A stretch of 64,000 nt of DNA from Camelus dromedarius (lineage: Eukaryota). Under the pieces are notes generated by a model that was not told the DNA's origin, made no database searches, and was given only the letters and a program-made list of their open reading frames with translations. Below, piece by piece: positions 1 to 13,005 of this stretch. The DNA lies in NCBI RefSeq assembly GCF_036321535.1, contig NC_087437.1, forward strand, positions 11,162,001 through 11,226,000. The letters run 5' to 3'. How positions within the stretch are numbered: the first letter of the stretch is position 1; each line of letters starts with the position of its first letter. The position numbers and the translations under genes are program-made.

Positions 1-675
1 ACCATCTTTCTTTTGAATTGTTCTGATGGTTGCCCTCCCAACTCTAAGAACAATGCTTATACCTCTTTTTATTTAGTAGATGTAACTGATAAATAAAAGT
101 ACCCTCTCAGTTTTCCCTCTCAACTTTCATTAAGTTTTATTTTTTCAGTCACTTTATTGGTTTTATTTATAAATTTAATATGCTTACATTCTTCGATCAT
201 TCACTTTTACACTCTCTCAGATAGCTGAGACAGAATAATCTTACTGCATAGGGAGGTAGTACCCTCCTTTCCCCAGATCCTGGCTTCTTTGCTCTACCAT
301 TTTCTTTTACATTGTCAAGGATTAAAACATTCATATTCTGTCCTATAGTTGTGACTGTTTCCCATGCTTTATTTATCAGTTGATTTAAAAAAATTGGAAA
401 GTAAAACCAGCATTTCATCATTATTCAGTGAATAGTGCCCATGGTGTTCACACAGTGGGTTTGAAATGGTAACAAGGCAACATAAATCTCTCCCCTAAAC
501 TTGTCCTTCTTGAAGGGAAAGTTCCAAGTGTCAGATAACAAATGGGCTATTTATGTTCTCTGTTAATTGCTTAGAATTAAGCTACGTTGTAGTTTGCTTT
601 ATTTCCAAAATTGTTTCTCTTGGAATCTGCAGTTGCTTTGTTTTGGTTATTGTTGTCAGAAGAAATGTTCGTTAA

Positions 676-860
676 TGATCTCATTATATAATTTTATCCT
701 CACAACAGACCTGTGATGTGAGCTAGAACAAGTTACCCTCACTTATACAGGCAAGGCATTTGAGGAGCAGAGGGGTTAAATAATTTGCCCAAGGTCACAT
801 TTTTAATTATTGGCTGAGCAGGCATTTGCACTCTCATTAGTCTAGCTTCAGAAGCCTTGC
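676..860 (-). mobile_element. MIR SINE
   Basis: Reverse MIR core: atcctcacaac...gaggggttaaataatttgcccaaggtcaca. Confidence 0.7.
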
Positions 861-1677
861 CACTACACTGCTTGTCAACAAAACAGCTGTAGCTGTTAAG
901 GGAGAGAGAAATCTCAAACGTGGCACTTGCCTGGGAGACTGGAGGAATCCTGATACTGTGGAGAGAAGAGGGATTACTCCTGGAAGGTAAATTCTTCTTT
1001 GGGTTGTGTGAAACGGCAGCAGCCCCTTGCAGTTGAAGAGCAGAGACTGGAGCGTAGGTGTGAGGGAGGCCCAGGCTCATGTAGATGCGGACTGTAGCTG
1101 TCCTCGCAGAGGGTTTTGTTGAAGGAATTTAACTTCCATCTGCATCGTGGGAACAGTTGGTGAGGAGTGCAAGCTTGGGAGAGGGACGAAGAGCCAGACG
1201 GTTAAGGAACTAGAAGACAGCTGTGTCCTGAGGGAGGTGATGCAGGTAACAGTGCAGCACTCAGTGCGTCCTGTGGAAGGTATTTCTGTTCCAGCCTGTG
1301 CCTTCCAGTGTTGCAGCTTCTAGAGGACTGTTGCTTACGATCCAGCTAGATTTGTATGTAGGTCTTTTGGCCTTGAGATCATGAAACCATGGTTTTAGAA
1401 ATTGAGGTTTTAGAAAAATTTAATATTATTTACATTTTTATAGGTGTCTATTTCCTTGAAGGGAGCTGAATAGAGGGGCATAGGTCATCCAAGCACAAGC
1501 TGTTCACTGGAGGACCAGCCTCCCCTGATGATACTAACTCCAGTATCCTTTCCCACTTGCTGTTCCTTTTTTTGCCGTCTAGATGATTTTGTTTGTGGGG
1601 GCTGCTGTCATTCTTTCCCAGGTGTTGGTGGTGTAAATTACTGATGATGCAGTGTAAACCGGTTAACTTTCTTCTGT

Positions 1678-1790
1678 TAAGGTATGAGCTCTCTAAAGGA
1701 AGGAATTTTGGTTTGTTTTGTCCACTGATAATTCCCTAGCACCTATTCCAGTAACCACACACATTTAATAAGTGTGTGGTGAATGAACAC
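1678..1790 (+). mobile_element. L2 3' end fragment
   Basis: gagctctctaaaggaagg...tccactgataattccctagcacct...aataagtgtgtggtgaatgaa resembles the L2 tail. Confidence 0.55.
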
Positions 1791-2544
1791 ATTGCAAGGA
1801 TGTAAAAGGAAACAATTACTTGAATATTAAAGGCAAGGGAGTAGTTTTGCAAAGATGACCCTCATAATTGCATGGCCAAAGTCAAATGTCAAGAGATCTA
1901 TCTCACTATTTTGTTTGGAAAATTGAACCCCCCCCCCCAAAAAAAAGCAGAAATCTCAATAGTCAACATTCAGTTTGTTTCTTTTTCCGTAAGAATTAGC
2001 ACGTAGTTGTAGTCATGATCCAAATTTTACTAAATGTAAGATAAACTTACTTTCATCATTTTTCCTATTTTCATCATTTCCCCCTGTATTTAGAATTACT
2101 CAGTCTTCCCCCTCCCTTACTATTAATTTTTAGTCCTTGTTCTGAGTGTTCGCATTGCAAGTAGGCTTTTTCAGCTGCCAGTTACAGTGGAAAACCTCCT
2201 TAATTTCCTTGTAAAAAAATTAAATAAGGGCAAATGGCCAGAGAGTTTTGCTTCCTTGGAGAAGTCTTTTTCTTATTAATTACAACTCCCTATACCAGGA
2301 GCCATTGAATATTTCTTGCACTCTACTGTCACCTATTGCAAAAGGAAGAATTAGCCCTTGTTGATGAAAAAAGTCCACGGGCAAACAACATAGTTTTGGC
2401 TAATTTTAAGATACTTTTATTGATAGCTGATTATACTAAATCATTAATTTATTAACATTTTTGTATGATGAGTTTAGTATACAGTATGCTAAATAAAAGT
2501 GAATGCAGGATGATATAACTAGGTAATAAAGTTACATACTATGC

Positions 2545-3069
2545 TAGTTACCTATTCCTGCGTAACAAATTACCCTAAAACTTAGTGGCTTACAATGCAT
2601 ACATTTGTTATGGCACACTGTCTGAGGCTTAGGAGTGTAGGTGTGGCTTAGATGAGTGTCCCCGGCTCAGGGCTGCTTAGGAGCTTGTGGTCAAGCAGTG
2701 GGCAGGCTGTGCTCTCTTAGGAAGGCTCTTCAGCGCAGGGTCTGCTTCCGGGCCTTCACAGGGTTGCTGGAAGGACTCAGTCCCTCACATGTTGTTAGAC
2801 TGAGTGCCTCAGTCCCTGGCTGGCTGATGGCTGGAGACCGCCCTCAGCTGCTTAGCACGCTGGCCACGTCCTAGGGCAGCTCACACGGCTTTCCTCAGAG
2901 CATGTGAGTGGGAGAAGGCCTAGGATGGAAGCTGCGTTTTTTTTCTATAGTATTTTATCCATTAGTAGCGAGTCAGGGAGTCTGGCCCACTCAATGCAGG
3001 AAGGATGCGCAGAGCAGGGATACCAGGATGAGGGGACCATTGGGGGCCGTTGCAGAGGCTGCCACCACG
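2545..3069 (-). mobile_element. MaLR LTR (MLT1 family)
   Basis: ctgcgtaacaaattaccctaaaacttagtggctta at one end and gaggctgccaccac at the other, typical of reverse MLT1. Confidence 0.75.
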
Positions 3070-3462
3070 CATGGTGACATGCAAATGTGGATATTATTCC
3101 TCATGAGGTAAAGATGTATTTCTGAATCACATTATTCATTTTATTTTGCTAATCAGAAGCAATTGAAATTAGATGGCATCTAATTTGAAAAATCAGAACC
3201 TAGATTTTTGTGAACAAAGATACCTAAACACTAAAGAATTTTGATCTATTAAGTGTACTATGTGATACATATTTTTGTAATATAATAGCTACAAAAATTT
3301 GCCATTGGGATTTTAAAAATTTTGTCAGTTATCTTTTGCCTTTGTTCAGTGGATAAAACCCTGTTTTGAGAATTAATGAGATTGACGAGTGAGTATGATA
3401 TTTGTGTTTAGTGTCAATGACGTGTCCTCTCATCCACCTCTCTCCTCCGCACTCTCCCTCAG

Positions 3463-3659
3463 ATCGGTCTGGAATAGAGAACGCCAACTCGGTGGAGGCC
3501 CTGCAGGAAACGCTCATCCGGGCGCTAAGGACCTTAATCATGAAGAACCATCCAAACGAGGCCTCTATTTTTACAAAGCTGCTTCTGAAGTTGCCAGATC
3601 TTCGATCGTTGAACAACATGCACTCTGAGGAGCTCCTGGCCTTTAAAGTCCACCCCTGA
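3463..3659 (+). CDS. NR1D2: NR1D2 (Rev-erb beta) last coding exon, C-terminal ligand-binding domain
   Basis: Polypyrimidine tract and AG at 3461-3462, then phase-1 exon (D)RSGIENANSVEALQETLIRALRTLIMKNHPNEASIFTKLLLKLPDLRSLNNMHSEELLAFKVHP, TGA at 3657-3659. Matches the Rev-erb beta C-terminus, which lacks the AF-2 helix; heme-ligating His (human H568) is codon 3621-3623. Confidence 0.97.
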
Positions 3660-4225
3660 GGCCTTTGGTTACTCAGACGTGAACTGATTCATGCTAACTG
3701 TACACTGTGTGCTGAGAGGCTTGTTTCTGTGTGTGTACCGTGCGAGGAGGGAGAGGAGGCCTCGAAGGCAGCACGAGGCTGTAGGCTGTCTGCGATCAGG
3801 TGGTAGCCCTTTGGGGTGAGATCTCTTCAGCCATGATTAGACATTGCCCGCGTTTCCCCGATAGACCAGTCAGCTGTGTTGCACTTAAACTGGAGAAGTT
3901 ACACTGAATTAGAGTCACACTGAATGTTAGACTTTTTTCATCTGCCAAAACCAAAAACCATTTTGATCTCCCTGTGGTATAAACATAATGCCCAGGCACA
4001 AGTATCTGAAGACTTAAAAGTTAATCCTTTGTGGTGGAAGTTCTCTTATAAGATGGAAACTTGATTTCCCCGCAGGACCGTTTGACCTGGTAATGGGAGG
4101 CTGTGCAGGTTAGACCTCCTTGTCTGTTTCACACTGCCACCGTGAAAGTGTATGGTCCTGCGCAGGCTCGCTGGTTGTGGAAAATGAGAATCGGTTGTGT
4201 TCCCAATGGCCCACCTCACAGAGAT

Positions 4226-4231
4226 AATAAA
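4226..4231 (+). terminator. Possible proximal polyadenylation signal
   Basis: AATAAA ~570 nt after the stop codon; downstream element weak. Confidence 0.3.
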
Positions 4232-6832
4232 AAATGTCTAGAAAGCATATTTACCTCTTGGGAGATAGGCACTATGTAAATAAGGTTAAATTTTTGTTAT
4301 AATTATTCATGATAATTTTTTTTTATTTCTACGCATTTCTTGGAAATCATTTCACAGTCCACACCCATCTGTTATTCAGGGTTCCTGCATATGTGTGGGG
4401 TGTCTATCTGGCACACATATATTCAGAGTTCATGGGTACATCAAATCCATAGTATGTGTACATAGTATGTATGTGAATATAGTTACACATAAATATATTT
4501 CTTCACAATATTTTAAACTGTGAAGAGCTTTATCATATAATAAACTTAAAACAGGAGGTGTCAAAAGACCCAAATTAGGTGCATTTTACCTGTTGATGAT
4601 GTTAACAACCATTGCTTTAAATATTTAGACAGTAGAGTATTGAGTTTATGCTCTATTTTTGTTTATTTAAACAACACTTAATGTAAAAGTGCAACAGGCC
4701 ATCAAGTCCAAATTTCAAAAAAATACGTATTTTAGAGTTCATCTTTGGTAAAGGTACTAGTTGTTTAAAAGTTCATTCAGTTTCTTACCTTGTGCTGAAA
4801 AAGGTTGCATTGCCGCCCATGATACACATGCTGCAGCTTGATGGTAGATTATTTTGATTCTTTCTGGAGAACCAACCAATGTTTAAGAAAACTGTTTAAC
4901 ATGTTGATGTGTGCCTGAGTGTGTGAGTGTGGATGTGCAAGCGTGTTCTGAACCCACTTGTTTTTCCCCTAAGTAACACTACAGGGATTTTTGTCAAATT
5001 AGATTTAACCTATAATTTGAAAAATCAGTTAGTGTGTGACCTACAGGCTTAGAAATGGTATATAGTCAAGGACATTTCATCCACATTTCTGATTTTGGGC
5101 TTTTGTAAATAGGTAGGATCAGCCTCTGTTTATGGCAGGTGGAAAAAATCGTCAAAAAGCTGAGGATTTTATGTATGTTTCTCTGTTGCCCTGGAAGATA
5201 GCAGTGGATTGGATTTTTAGGTGAAGATTGCCTTCTATATAATTTTTGGATTATATAAAATAGTGAAAATGAAAAGACCCCACTTAACTGTACTCAGCCT
5301 GTTACTTTAATGACATGTGAGCAGAATGCCTTATTTTGTAACCTTGTTTAACTTGTTGCTACTGGGACTTGAATTTCTGTGGCACTAGTTAAGTAAGTTA
5401 GAAAAGAGTGAAACCCTCTCATTATTAAAGAGGAAAGGTGGTGATGGTGATGTCTGTAATACAATATAAACCATAATTGTGATTTACCTTAAATAGGTAG
5501 GGCTTTTATGGGATATACAGTATAGTTTTTGTGAATTCTTTACATGATAGCATTATCTTTTTATAATTTTTTTTCCTAAGATAAATGCATAGTTTTTCTT
5601 CTATGGGGAATAGAAACAGCTTTTTCAAGTAATATTGAAAACCTCAAAGATCATGTTGTTTCTTAATTTTTGCCTTTTGCATAAGCCTCTTTATAACATA
5701 TATCTTTAAAACAATTACTAAGTCTTTAGGAATGTGTAACCAGAACTATGTTAGTATTGCTTATAAAACTTTAGTTAGATTCAGTATATACATGTATACA
5801 TCTAGATATAGGTAGATATTTGCATTTTGTCTTGTAAAATTTTATTTGAACAAATTCTTCCTGTAGGTAATGGGAAACAAAATTAGTCGTTCATATGCCA
5901 CTCTTAGCATTTCTATATTTGAAAACGGCCCCATATTGAAACCTCTACGTCTAAACTTAAACCAGCAGCCTATTACAAGCACATTCTTTGATTGAGTCAT
6001 CGGTTATAAACTTACTAAATGCGGAGAAGACAACCAATTTAGGGAACCTCTTTGGTGGGACACTGTTGATTAATAATGTACTGTATGAATTAAGTGATGC
6101 TTTAACTCTGATTTTACATTTTAAACTTAAAATACGGGCATTATGTCAGCAAACTTAAGGGCATTATGTCAGCAAGCTAAAACATTTTTTTCTGTCATTT
6201 TAATGTATCTCTTTACGTGATCTGAGAGAGGATTCAAGCCTTTAGAGAGAAATAGCTGAGGGAAAGGGGAAACGTCTTCTTGGGATGAAGCTTTTCCTTA
6301 TGGCGACGGTTTAATTACAGTTTCAAAAACTAGAAGGAAACTTCAGTGGATTAAGTGTATAGCTTTCGTAACTACGTTTCAACAAATTACCATTGTAACT
6401 TGATAAGATACAGTTTATTTTATGTAAACATTGCAAAGCAAGGTGTAGAAGCTCAGCTAGATGTATCCCTGTGCACGAGAGTAGGTACCTATCTCAATTA
6501 TCCTTTTTCTTTTCCAGTATAAAGTTTGCTGAATGTACAAGAAGACTTTATCACTTAGGATATAGAATTTTTTTTAGGGGTTGGGGGGAGGGGCTCTGTC
6601 AGGAAATTACCGATAAACAAAGATTGTGTTGATTTGATCCGAAACATAAAACTTGAAGCTATTCTTGAGCTAACATGGAAAAATACAATGGCTATTGTTT
6701 TAAAAAGAAATGATAGAAATATATTATTGACAAGATATGAATTAAGTTTATTTTCTACAAACTGTTATTGATGAAGACATGGATAATATCTTCATGTTTC
6801 TGAAAAGTAATCTGTACATGGGGGGAGGGGAG

Positions 6833-6838
6833 AATAAA
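6833..6838 (+). terminator. Distal polyadenylation signal of NR1D2
   Basis: AATAAA with an upstream TGTA element and a downstream GT/T-rich element (gtgtagtttctggtatctttct). Confidence 0.75.
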
Positions 6839-9426
6839 TATTATTTCTAACCAAGTGTAGTTTCTGGTATCTTTCTATCTTGACTTTTTTGTAAGACCAT
6901 TTATAACTTACTCCTTTCCTTTGACCATAGCAGGATCTCTTACATAAATCTCTCATTCAGCATGGGGGGGGTATGTATATGCAGGGCTTTTTTTTTTTTT
7001 TAAAGAAAGACTATAAAGTTTAGAGATTTTAACAACGATTGTTACTGTTTTCTTTAATGCCCACTGAATAGCGGTTTGCTGTGTTTGATAAGATAGTCTT
7101 TCTGGGAAGGGATGGTGAGAGAGGAAGGCAGGTGGGGTACCTGATCTAGTCAAGATTCAGCCTTGGTCTTTAATGGGATAAGGAGCCTCAGCAAGACCAC
7201 CGCCTCCTTTTCCCTTTCCTTGTGGTTGCAGCCATGCTGGCAAAGTTAAGGTAGTTACTTAAATGAGCATTCCCTGCACTTGTTGGCAAGACCAGTACTG
7301 TCCACTACTCTCTGAGCGTGAATTGATGTTAGGTGGAAGACATGGGCTGCTTTACTGAGTGAGTTTGGAAATACTGGGCTGACCAAGGTTACCGAGACAT
7401 CTCTGTGTTGTTCCTGTTCCCTAACGAGCAAACGTGCATCGAGAGTCCTGTAAGGAAGGGCTCAGTGGGATGCTGTTTTTCCAAATAACCCCCGTTTTTT
7501 TCTTTGCTGAACTCTTCTCGGGCTCCTTGGAAAGTATGCTTTCAGGAGGGAAAAAACCCTGTTAACCATACTTTGGGTTTTGATCAGAATGTTGACCATA
7601 TTCTGTGGATTACTGTACAAATTTGTATCGTATTTTGCACCTTTTTTGCATAAGAAACATTGAACTCTCAATATGTGTGGTTGATGGAAAACAAAATAGA
7701 TTGAAATCCTTCCGAATTTTGGAAATGCTGCAGCTAAGTATACGTGTAAAGACAGCCAGTGCACGGATCTGGTTTCAGTTTTTGCACTCTGCTGGGCCTG
7801 TTAAAATTTGTTCCATTTGCTTTTCTTAATCCTTAGTCCATCCTAAAGCTGGGGAACAACTGCGGCCTGTCCAGGAGCCTCGTCAGAGTTGCTCTTCACG
7901 ACGGGAAAGGGGGTTGCTTTGGGGTGATTTTTCAGACACTAGACTAGCAGATCCACTTGGAACAACACGTTGAATCGAATGGGTGTAGGAGCCCTAACGG
8001 CGGTCTTGGAGGAAGCTCCGAAGTACTCCAGAAGGCTTTGTATGGGGCACATTCCCCAGGACGTAAACATGTGCTCAGAATTCGCATTTACCCTATGTTT
8101 TAATATAAATTACTAAAGAGGGTGAGATCAGTGTTTAAAAAAATCCGCAAGATACCTGAGGTAAGTATGGTGTTCCTAATTTGATTCCTCTCCATTTCCC
8201 TACTGGTGTGCGTAGACTTGAACATGATCTTCCAACGTGTCTAAGGTAAGTTGTATTGCTTCACTTTTCTCTGAACTCTCCTTATCCTTAGCCTCAGCAG
8301 TGCCTCTCACCCCCATTACTTTGTTGTTTTGCTTGTAAATTTTCATCTATTTTTTTCCCTCCTACCATAGGCATTTCATTTCCTGTTCAGGTTCTGCAGT
8401 TAAAAACAAGTAGGGTAGTTTCCAAAGTGGAAAGCACCTACACTTTCATTCTCTCTTGATCATTTGCCCCTGCAACGGCTGCTCTTTTTTCTAAGCTGTT
8501 TTATCTGACGGGATTTTTGAGGAATAGATTGATGGTTTAGCCATGCATTACTAGCACACATTTATTGAACATCTACCTATGTTTCAGATTTTTTTTTTTT
8601 AATCCAAATACAAAATGAGGTTCCATGAAAATCTGGGGCACTAACCCGGTCAGTGTTGTGAAGTTGTGCTGTGCCCACGGAGCAGATGGCCGCCGGTCAC
8701 AGCGTCAGGACTGATGGTTGCCAGCAACTACCGTTCTAGCCCTGGGCTGCCGGCGCGAGGCTTGAGGGGCTTCTGAGGTGTGGTGTGATGTTTCCAGGAA
8801 TTCAGGGAGCTGGTTGTTAGAAACATAACAATTATTACAAATTAAATTATATAAACTTACAATTGAATTATATTTGAGAAGGTAATACTAAAATCTCATT
8901 ACTTTCTAATTATTTTAAATTTATTGTTAATGCTTTTGAGAGTCAGTACCTGTATGTGTATGTGTCTGGCGTGTTACATGCATGACGGGGGTACACTGAC
9001 AGTATACCCATCTCTTCCCAACGCCCTGCTAAGTGCTGGCCACGGTGGGGTTATTTATACAGTGAAAAGCTGCAAATGCTACGTATGAATCAGGGCTCGA
9101 TTTTTTTGTTTGGTTGATTTTCTAGACTTAAAGTGATAGAGAAAATTTTAACAATACAGATTAAAGTTAAAAATTTTTTGTGTCTCATGTCTGTTGCTGT
9201 TAACCATTGCAAATAGCACAGAAAATTGAATAGTCCAGTATTTGAAAGCTATTATCTGATTCAGCAAAGAAGTTTCTCACATCATTGATAAACAAGTCAA
9301 GTTCTGACATAGTTTTTATTGTTTGTTTTACTGTATTAACAATACTTAACATATCAGTCAACATTCATGCCAGAACTATACTTGTTTGTCAGTTGCAACT
9401 TTGGCAAAAATAAAGGAATGCATTCT

Positions 9427-9545
9427 TTATTTTTTTTAATTTTATTTTATTGAGTTATAGTCAATTTACAATGTTGTGTCAACTTCCAGTGTAGAGCACA
9501 ATTTTTCAGTTATACATGAACATACACATATTCATTGTTACATTC
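9427..9545 (-). mobile_element. Short L1 3' end fragment nested in a SINE tail
   Basis: Poly-T then ttattgagttatagtcaatttacaatgttgtgtc, the same family as the L1 ends at 15.1, 18.6, 26.3, 27.6 and 42.2 kb. Confidence 0.75.
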
Positions 9546-9554
9546 TAAAATTAT

Positions 9555-9683
9555 TTTTTCATTTTTTTTGATGGAAGTAATTAGGTTTACTTATTTACTT
9601 ACTTGATGGAGGTACTGGGGATTGAACCCAAGACCTCATGCATGATAAGCATGTGCTCTACCAGTTGAGCTATACCCTCCCCC
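9555..9683 (-). mobile_element. tRNA-derived SINE (camelid Vic-1 type)
   Basis: Reverse strand reads ggggagggtatagctcaactggtagagc (A box)...ggttcaatcccc (B box), then the taaacctaatta tail; TSD aagga(a/t)tgcattct at 9413-9426 and 9684-9697. Confidence 0.85.
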
Positions 9684-11249
9684 AAGGATTGCATTCTGTG
9701 AGAACTAATTGTATGGAATTTAGAGTAAAGAGTATTATATATTTTATAAATTATGTGCTGTATATCCTTTCAGTAAAAATCACACATACATACATACACA
9801 CTCATATACATTTTTCCTCCCCAGGGAGCCAGCTGTTAAATGTTACCAGCATATCTCTATTACTTAACCCCAAGAAGGGGTTTTCTAGATAAAGAAAACC
9901 AAGGCTTGGAGAGTTTAAGTAACTTATTCAAGGTGGCACAGCTGCTGAGTGGGGGGTGGGCCCCAGAGTCTGCTCTCATGCTCTCAGCTGTCAGTGCGAT
10001 CGAGGAATGCCAGGCTTGGTGTCTCCTCGCAGGGTGGTTTTTAGTCTGCTTTGATCTGTGCAGGTGTGGAGCTGTTACAGGATTGTCTGGGTAAAGGGGA
10101 AGCTCTTAGTCAAGGATTCAGTACATGGTAGTTTAATGTTATCCCCCACCCCGACCCCTAATTAAGTTTTCCTCTCATCTGTAAAAAGGATAAACCATTT
10201 GAAGTGGTTGCAAGACTAAATGAGATGTACAGACATGAGGTCATTGTTTTCCTTAGGAGAGAGGAGAAAGGAGGCGTCCCTGGTTGGGGGAGGCCCTGGA
10301 GGGGCTCCCCCTGCTCAGCCTGGGTGGCTCAGGCTGAAGTGAGGGGACCCGCTACGGAGGGGGTGGTTCCTGATTTAGGTCCTTCTCAGCCGGGAACTGC
10401 GCTGTCCGTCAGGACTGACTCAGATGACCTCCACCTTCAGACACTGCTGGTTTCCAGTAGCTTCCTCAGGAGAATCTAAAACAAGGGACAGAGATGACAG
10501 TCCATGTCTCATCCCCAGTCCCTCAGTCGAGAACATACAGGGACGGTCCTCCATGTTCCAGTCGGTGTTTTCATTGTCCGGGTAAGCTGCTACCACAAAG
10601 GGCAAAAGTAACGGGAGTGATGTTTCTAGGTAGTAAAAATCAGTACCCTGGAAGGGAAGGAAGAATTCCATGTTTTTTAGTTCTGAATATTCCCCAAACT
10701 AAAATTTGACTGAGGACTGAGGATGCCTTGCTAGTTGCCTATTCTGCTCTTCAATGGCCTATAGAAGTTCCCTTCCCCTTCCTGGTTTCAGTTCTCTGTG
10801 AAGTGAGGGACTGGACCATATGCCCTCCAGCATCCCTTCCAAGGCTCACATCTGTGAGACGAGGACACGTAAACAACACAGTTAAAAAAAGAAAAAAAGC
10901 CAGAGTGTGAATGTGTTGGGGAGTGTGGGCTAAAGGTTGACAGATCACCCTGTAGCTCACTATGTGAATGGAACCGAGGCCCTGAAGTTCTAGGTGAACG
11001 GCTGGGGCTCAAGCTGAAACCTTCCCTGAACAGCATCGCTTTCCAGTTTTTGCTCCTAACAAACAAACAAACAAACAACAGTTTTGTAGTAAAGGTGTAA
11101 AAGAGTGTAAAATTTTCTGTAGTTGATTCTCTTATCTCTTCTAAATCCTTTTAATTTTACTCCAACACCCAAGGAAGTCAGGGAAATTTTTATCATGTAA
11201 AACCCAAACTTTCAACCTATTGTCACTTCCAAACCCTCTTAGCTGGTCA

Positions 11250-11970
11250 AGTTAGGAGCATTTTACAGTGAACTCCCAGACATCCACCACCTATATTCTA
11301 CCCTTCCCATTTTGTTGTACTTGTTTATCACATACCTATCCATCCTTCCATCCATCAATCCACCTTGGGTTTTTAAAAAATACTTCAGTGAAGTAGATGG
11401 CAGTCATCCGTAAACTGCCCCCTAAAATTTTCAGCTTGCATATAGCCTGCTAGAGTTGAATATTAATTTACAGTTTGTTCTTTTGATGTAAGATTTATAG
11501 ACAGATGCACATAACTTTAGGTACGCTTACCACTCTGTTTTGACAAATGCATTCTCCCTTTGTGACCCTAAATCCAACTGAGACATAGAACATTACCATC
11601 ACCCTCGAACAGAAAGGATTAATGTAATCTAATCTAATCTTTTGAGGCAACCCCCACCTCTACAGAGACAGTAACTACTGCTCTGATTTCTTCCACCGTG
11701 GATTAGATTGACCTGTTCTAAAACCATATGAATGGAACCATTGCCATATGACTCTCTGGTATAGGCTTCTCTATTCAGCATCTTAAGAACAGCGTGACGG
11801 TCTTAAAATTCATCTGTATCATTCGTGTATAACAATAGTTTTGTTCCTTTTTATTGCTAAATTGTATTCCTTTGTATGGATGTACCAAAGTATTTTTTTT
11901 CCTGTTGATGAATATCTGGGCTGTTTCCAGTTTTTAGTTACTACAGATAAAGCTGTTATGAACATTCCTT
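11250..11970 (-). mobile_element. Old L1 (L1MB/MC-like) 3' fragment
   Basis: Reverse L1 3' UTR motifs (catagaacattaccatcaccc, ttttattgctaaattgtattcc, gggctgtttccagttttt). Confidence 0.7.
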
Positions 11971-12277
11971 TGTATTTGCAGTAACTCTATATTGCGACTT
12001 GACCCCAAAGTGAAATTAGTGTTACGTTCCGAGTGGAGAAAGCAGTATATGATGGAAAGTGTGAGAAACAGAATTAAATCATGAAGATAATTAATCCTTT
12101 CTGTTTGGGGTCTTACAGAAAGGGCAGTGCATCAGTTAGAAGATGCCTACGACCTAAGACCTATCTAAAAGGGAATAAAACAATAAGGATATTTATTACT
12201 TATTTCCTACACAAGACCTGGAGGCAGGGAAAATGCAGGTTGGTTCAGTGGCTCTAAATGCCATCAAGAACCCCAGA

Positions 12278-13005
12278 GTCCACCTCACATCCATTAGATT
12301 GGCTGTCATCAAACAGACAAACAAAAAAGGGAAATAAGTTTTGATGAGGATGTGAAAACATTGGACCCACTGTGGCACGGTTGGTGGGGATGTAAATTGG
12401 TACAGCTGCTATGGAAGCAGTATGGCAGCCCTTAAAATTTTTTTAAATAGAGTTAGCATATGATCTAACAAGGCCACTTCTGGGATCACCCCCAAAAGAA
12501 TTGAAAGCAGCGTCTTGAAAAGATACTTGTTCATCCATGTTATAGCAGCATGATGCATGACAGCAAAATGGTGGAAACAGCCCAAGTGTCCATTGATGGA
12601 TGAATGGATCCCAACATGTGGTACAGACGTGCAATGGGGCTATCACCCAGCCTTAAAAAAGAAAAATTCTGACATATGCTACAACATGGATGAACCTTAT
12701 GCTAAGTGAAATAAGCAAGTCCCAAAAGGACAGATACTGTATGATTCTACTTTTATGAAGTACTTAAGAGTAGTCACATCCATAGAGACAGACAGTAGAG
12801 AGTAGGATGGTGGTTACCTGGGGGTGAAGGGGGAGGGGGAAATGGAGAGATGTTTCAGAGTTTCAGTCTTGCAAGATGAAACACGTTCTGGGGATCGGGT
12901 GCACAACAGTGTGATTGTACTTACCACTACTGAACTGCATGCTTAGAAATGGTTAAGGTGGTAAATTTTATGATGTGTATTTTATCACAATGAATAAAAA
13001 CAAAA
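12278..13005 (+). mobile_element. L1 (L1MB-like) ORF2 end and 3' UTR
   Basis: cacctcacatccattagattggc...gatgaatgga...ttatgctaagtgaaataagc...aaatggttaaggtggtaaattttatg...aataaaaa. Confidence 0.85.

Larger units (their letters stand above)
3660..6860 (+). other. NR1D2: NR1D2 3' UTR (~3.2 kb)
   Basis: AT-rich, essentially repeat-free sequence from the stop codon to AATAAA at 6833-6838, with upstream TGTA (6813) and a downstream T/GT-rich tract. Exact 3' end inferred. Confidence 0.8.
8790..9835. mobile_element. hAT-type DNA transposon remnant (Zaphod/MER115-like), interrupted by SINE and L1
   Basis: gggagctggttgtta and gggagccagctgttaaa motifs; internal ggccacggtggggttatttatac...gcaaatgctac...cagggctc is echoed at ~13610-13670. 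Confidence 0.45.

Noticed and set aside
3402..3462. N-terminal part (MCLVSMT...) of the 85-aa ORF
   Set aside because: Intronic polypyrimidine tract; the exon starts at 3463.
3329..3628. Antisense and alternative-frame ORFs over the NR1D2 exon
   Set aside because: Shadows of the real coding frame. No sign of a THRB exon overlapping here in the way THRA overlaps NR1D1.
9600..9683. tRNA gene (A and B boxes)
   Set aside because: Has a SINE tail, a TSD and other copies in the window.
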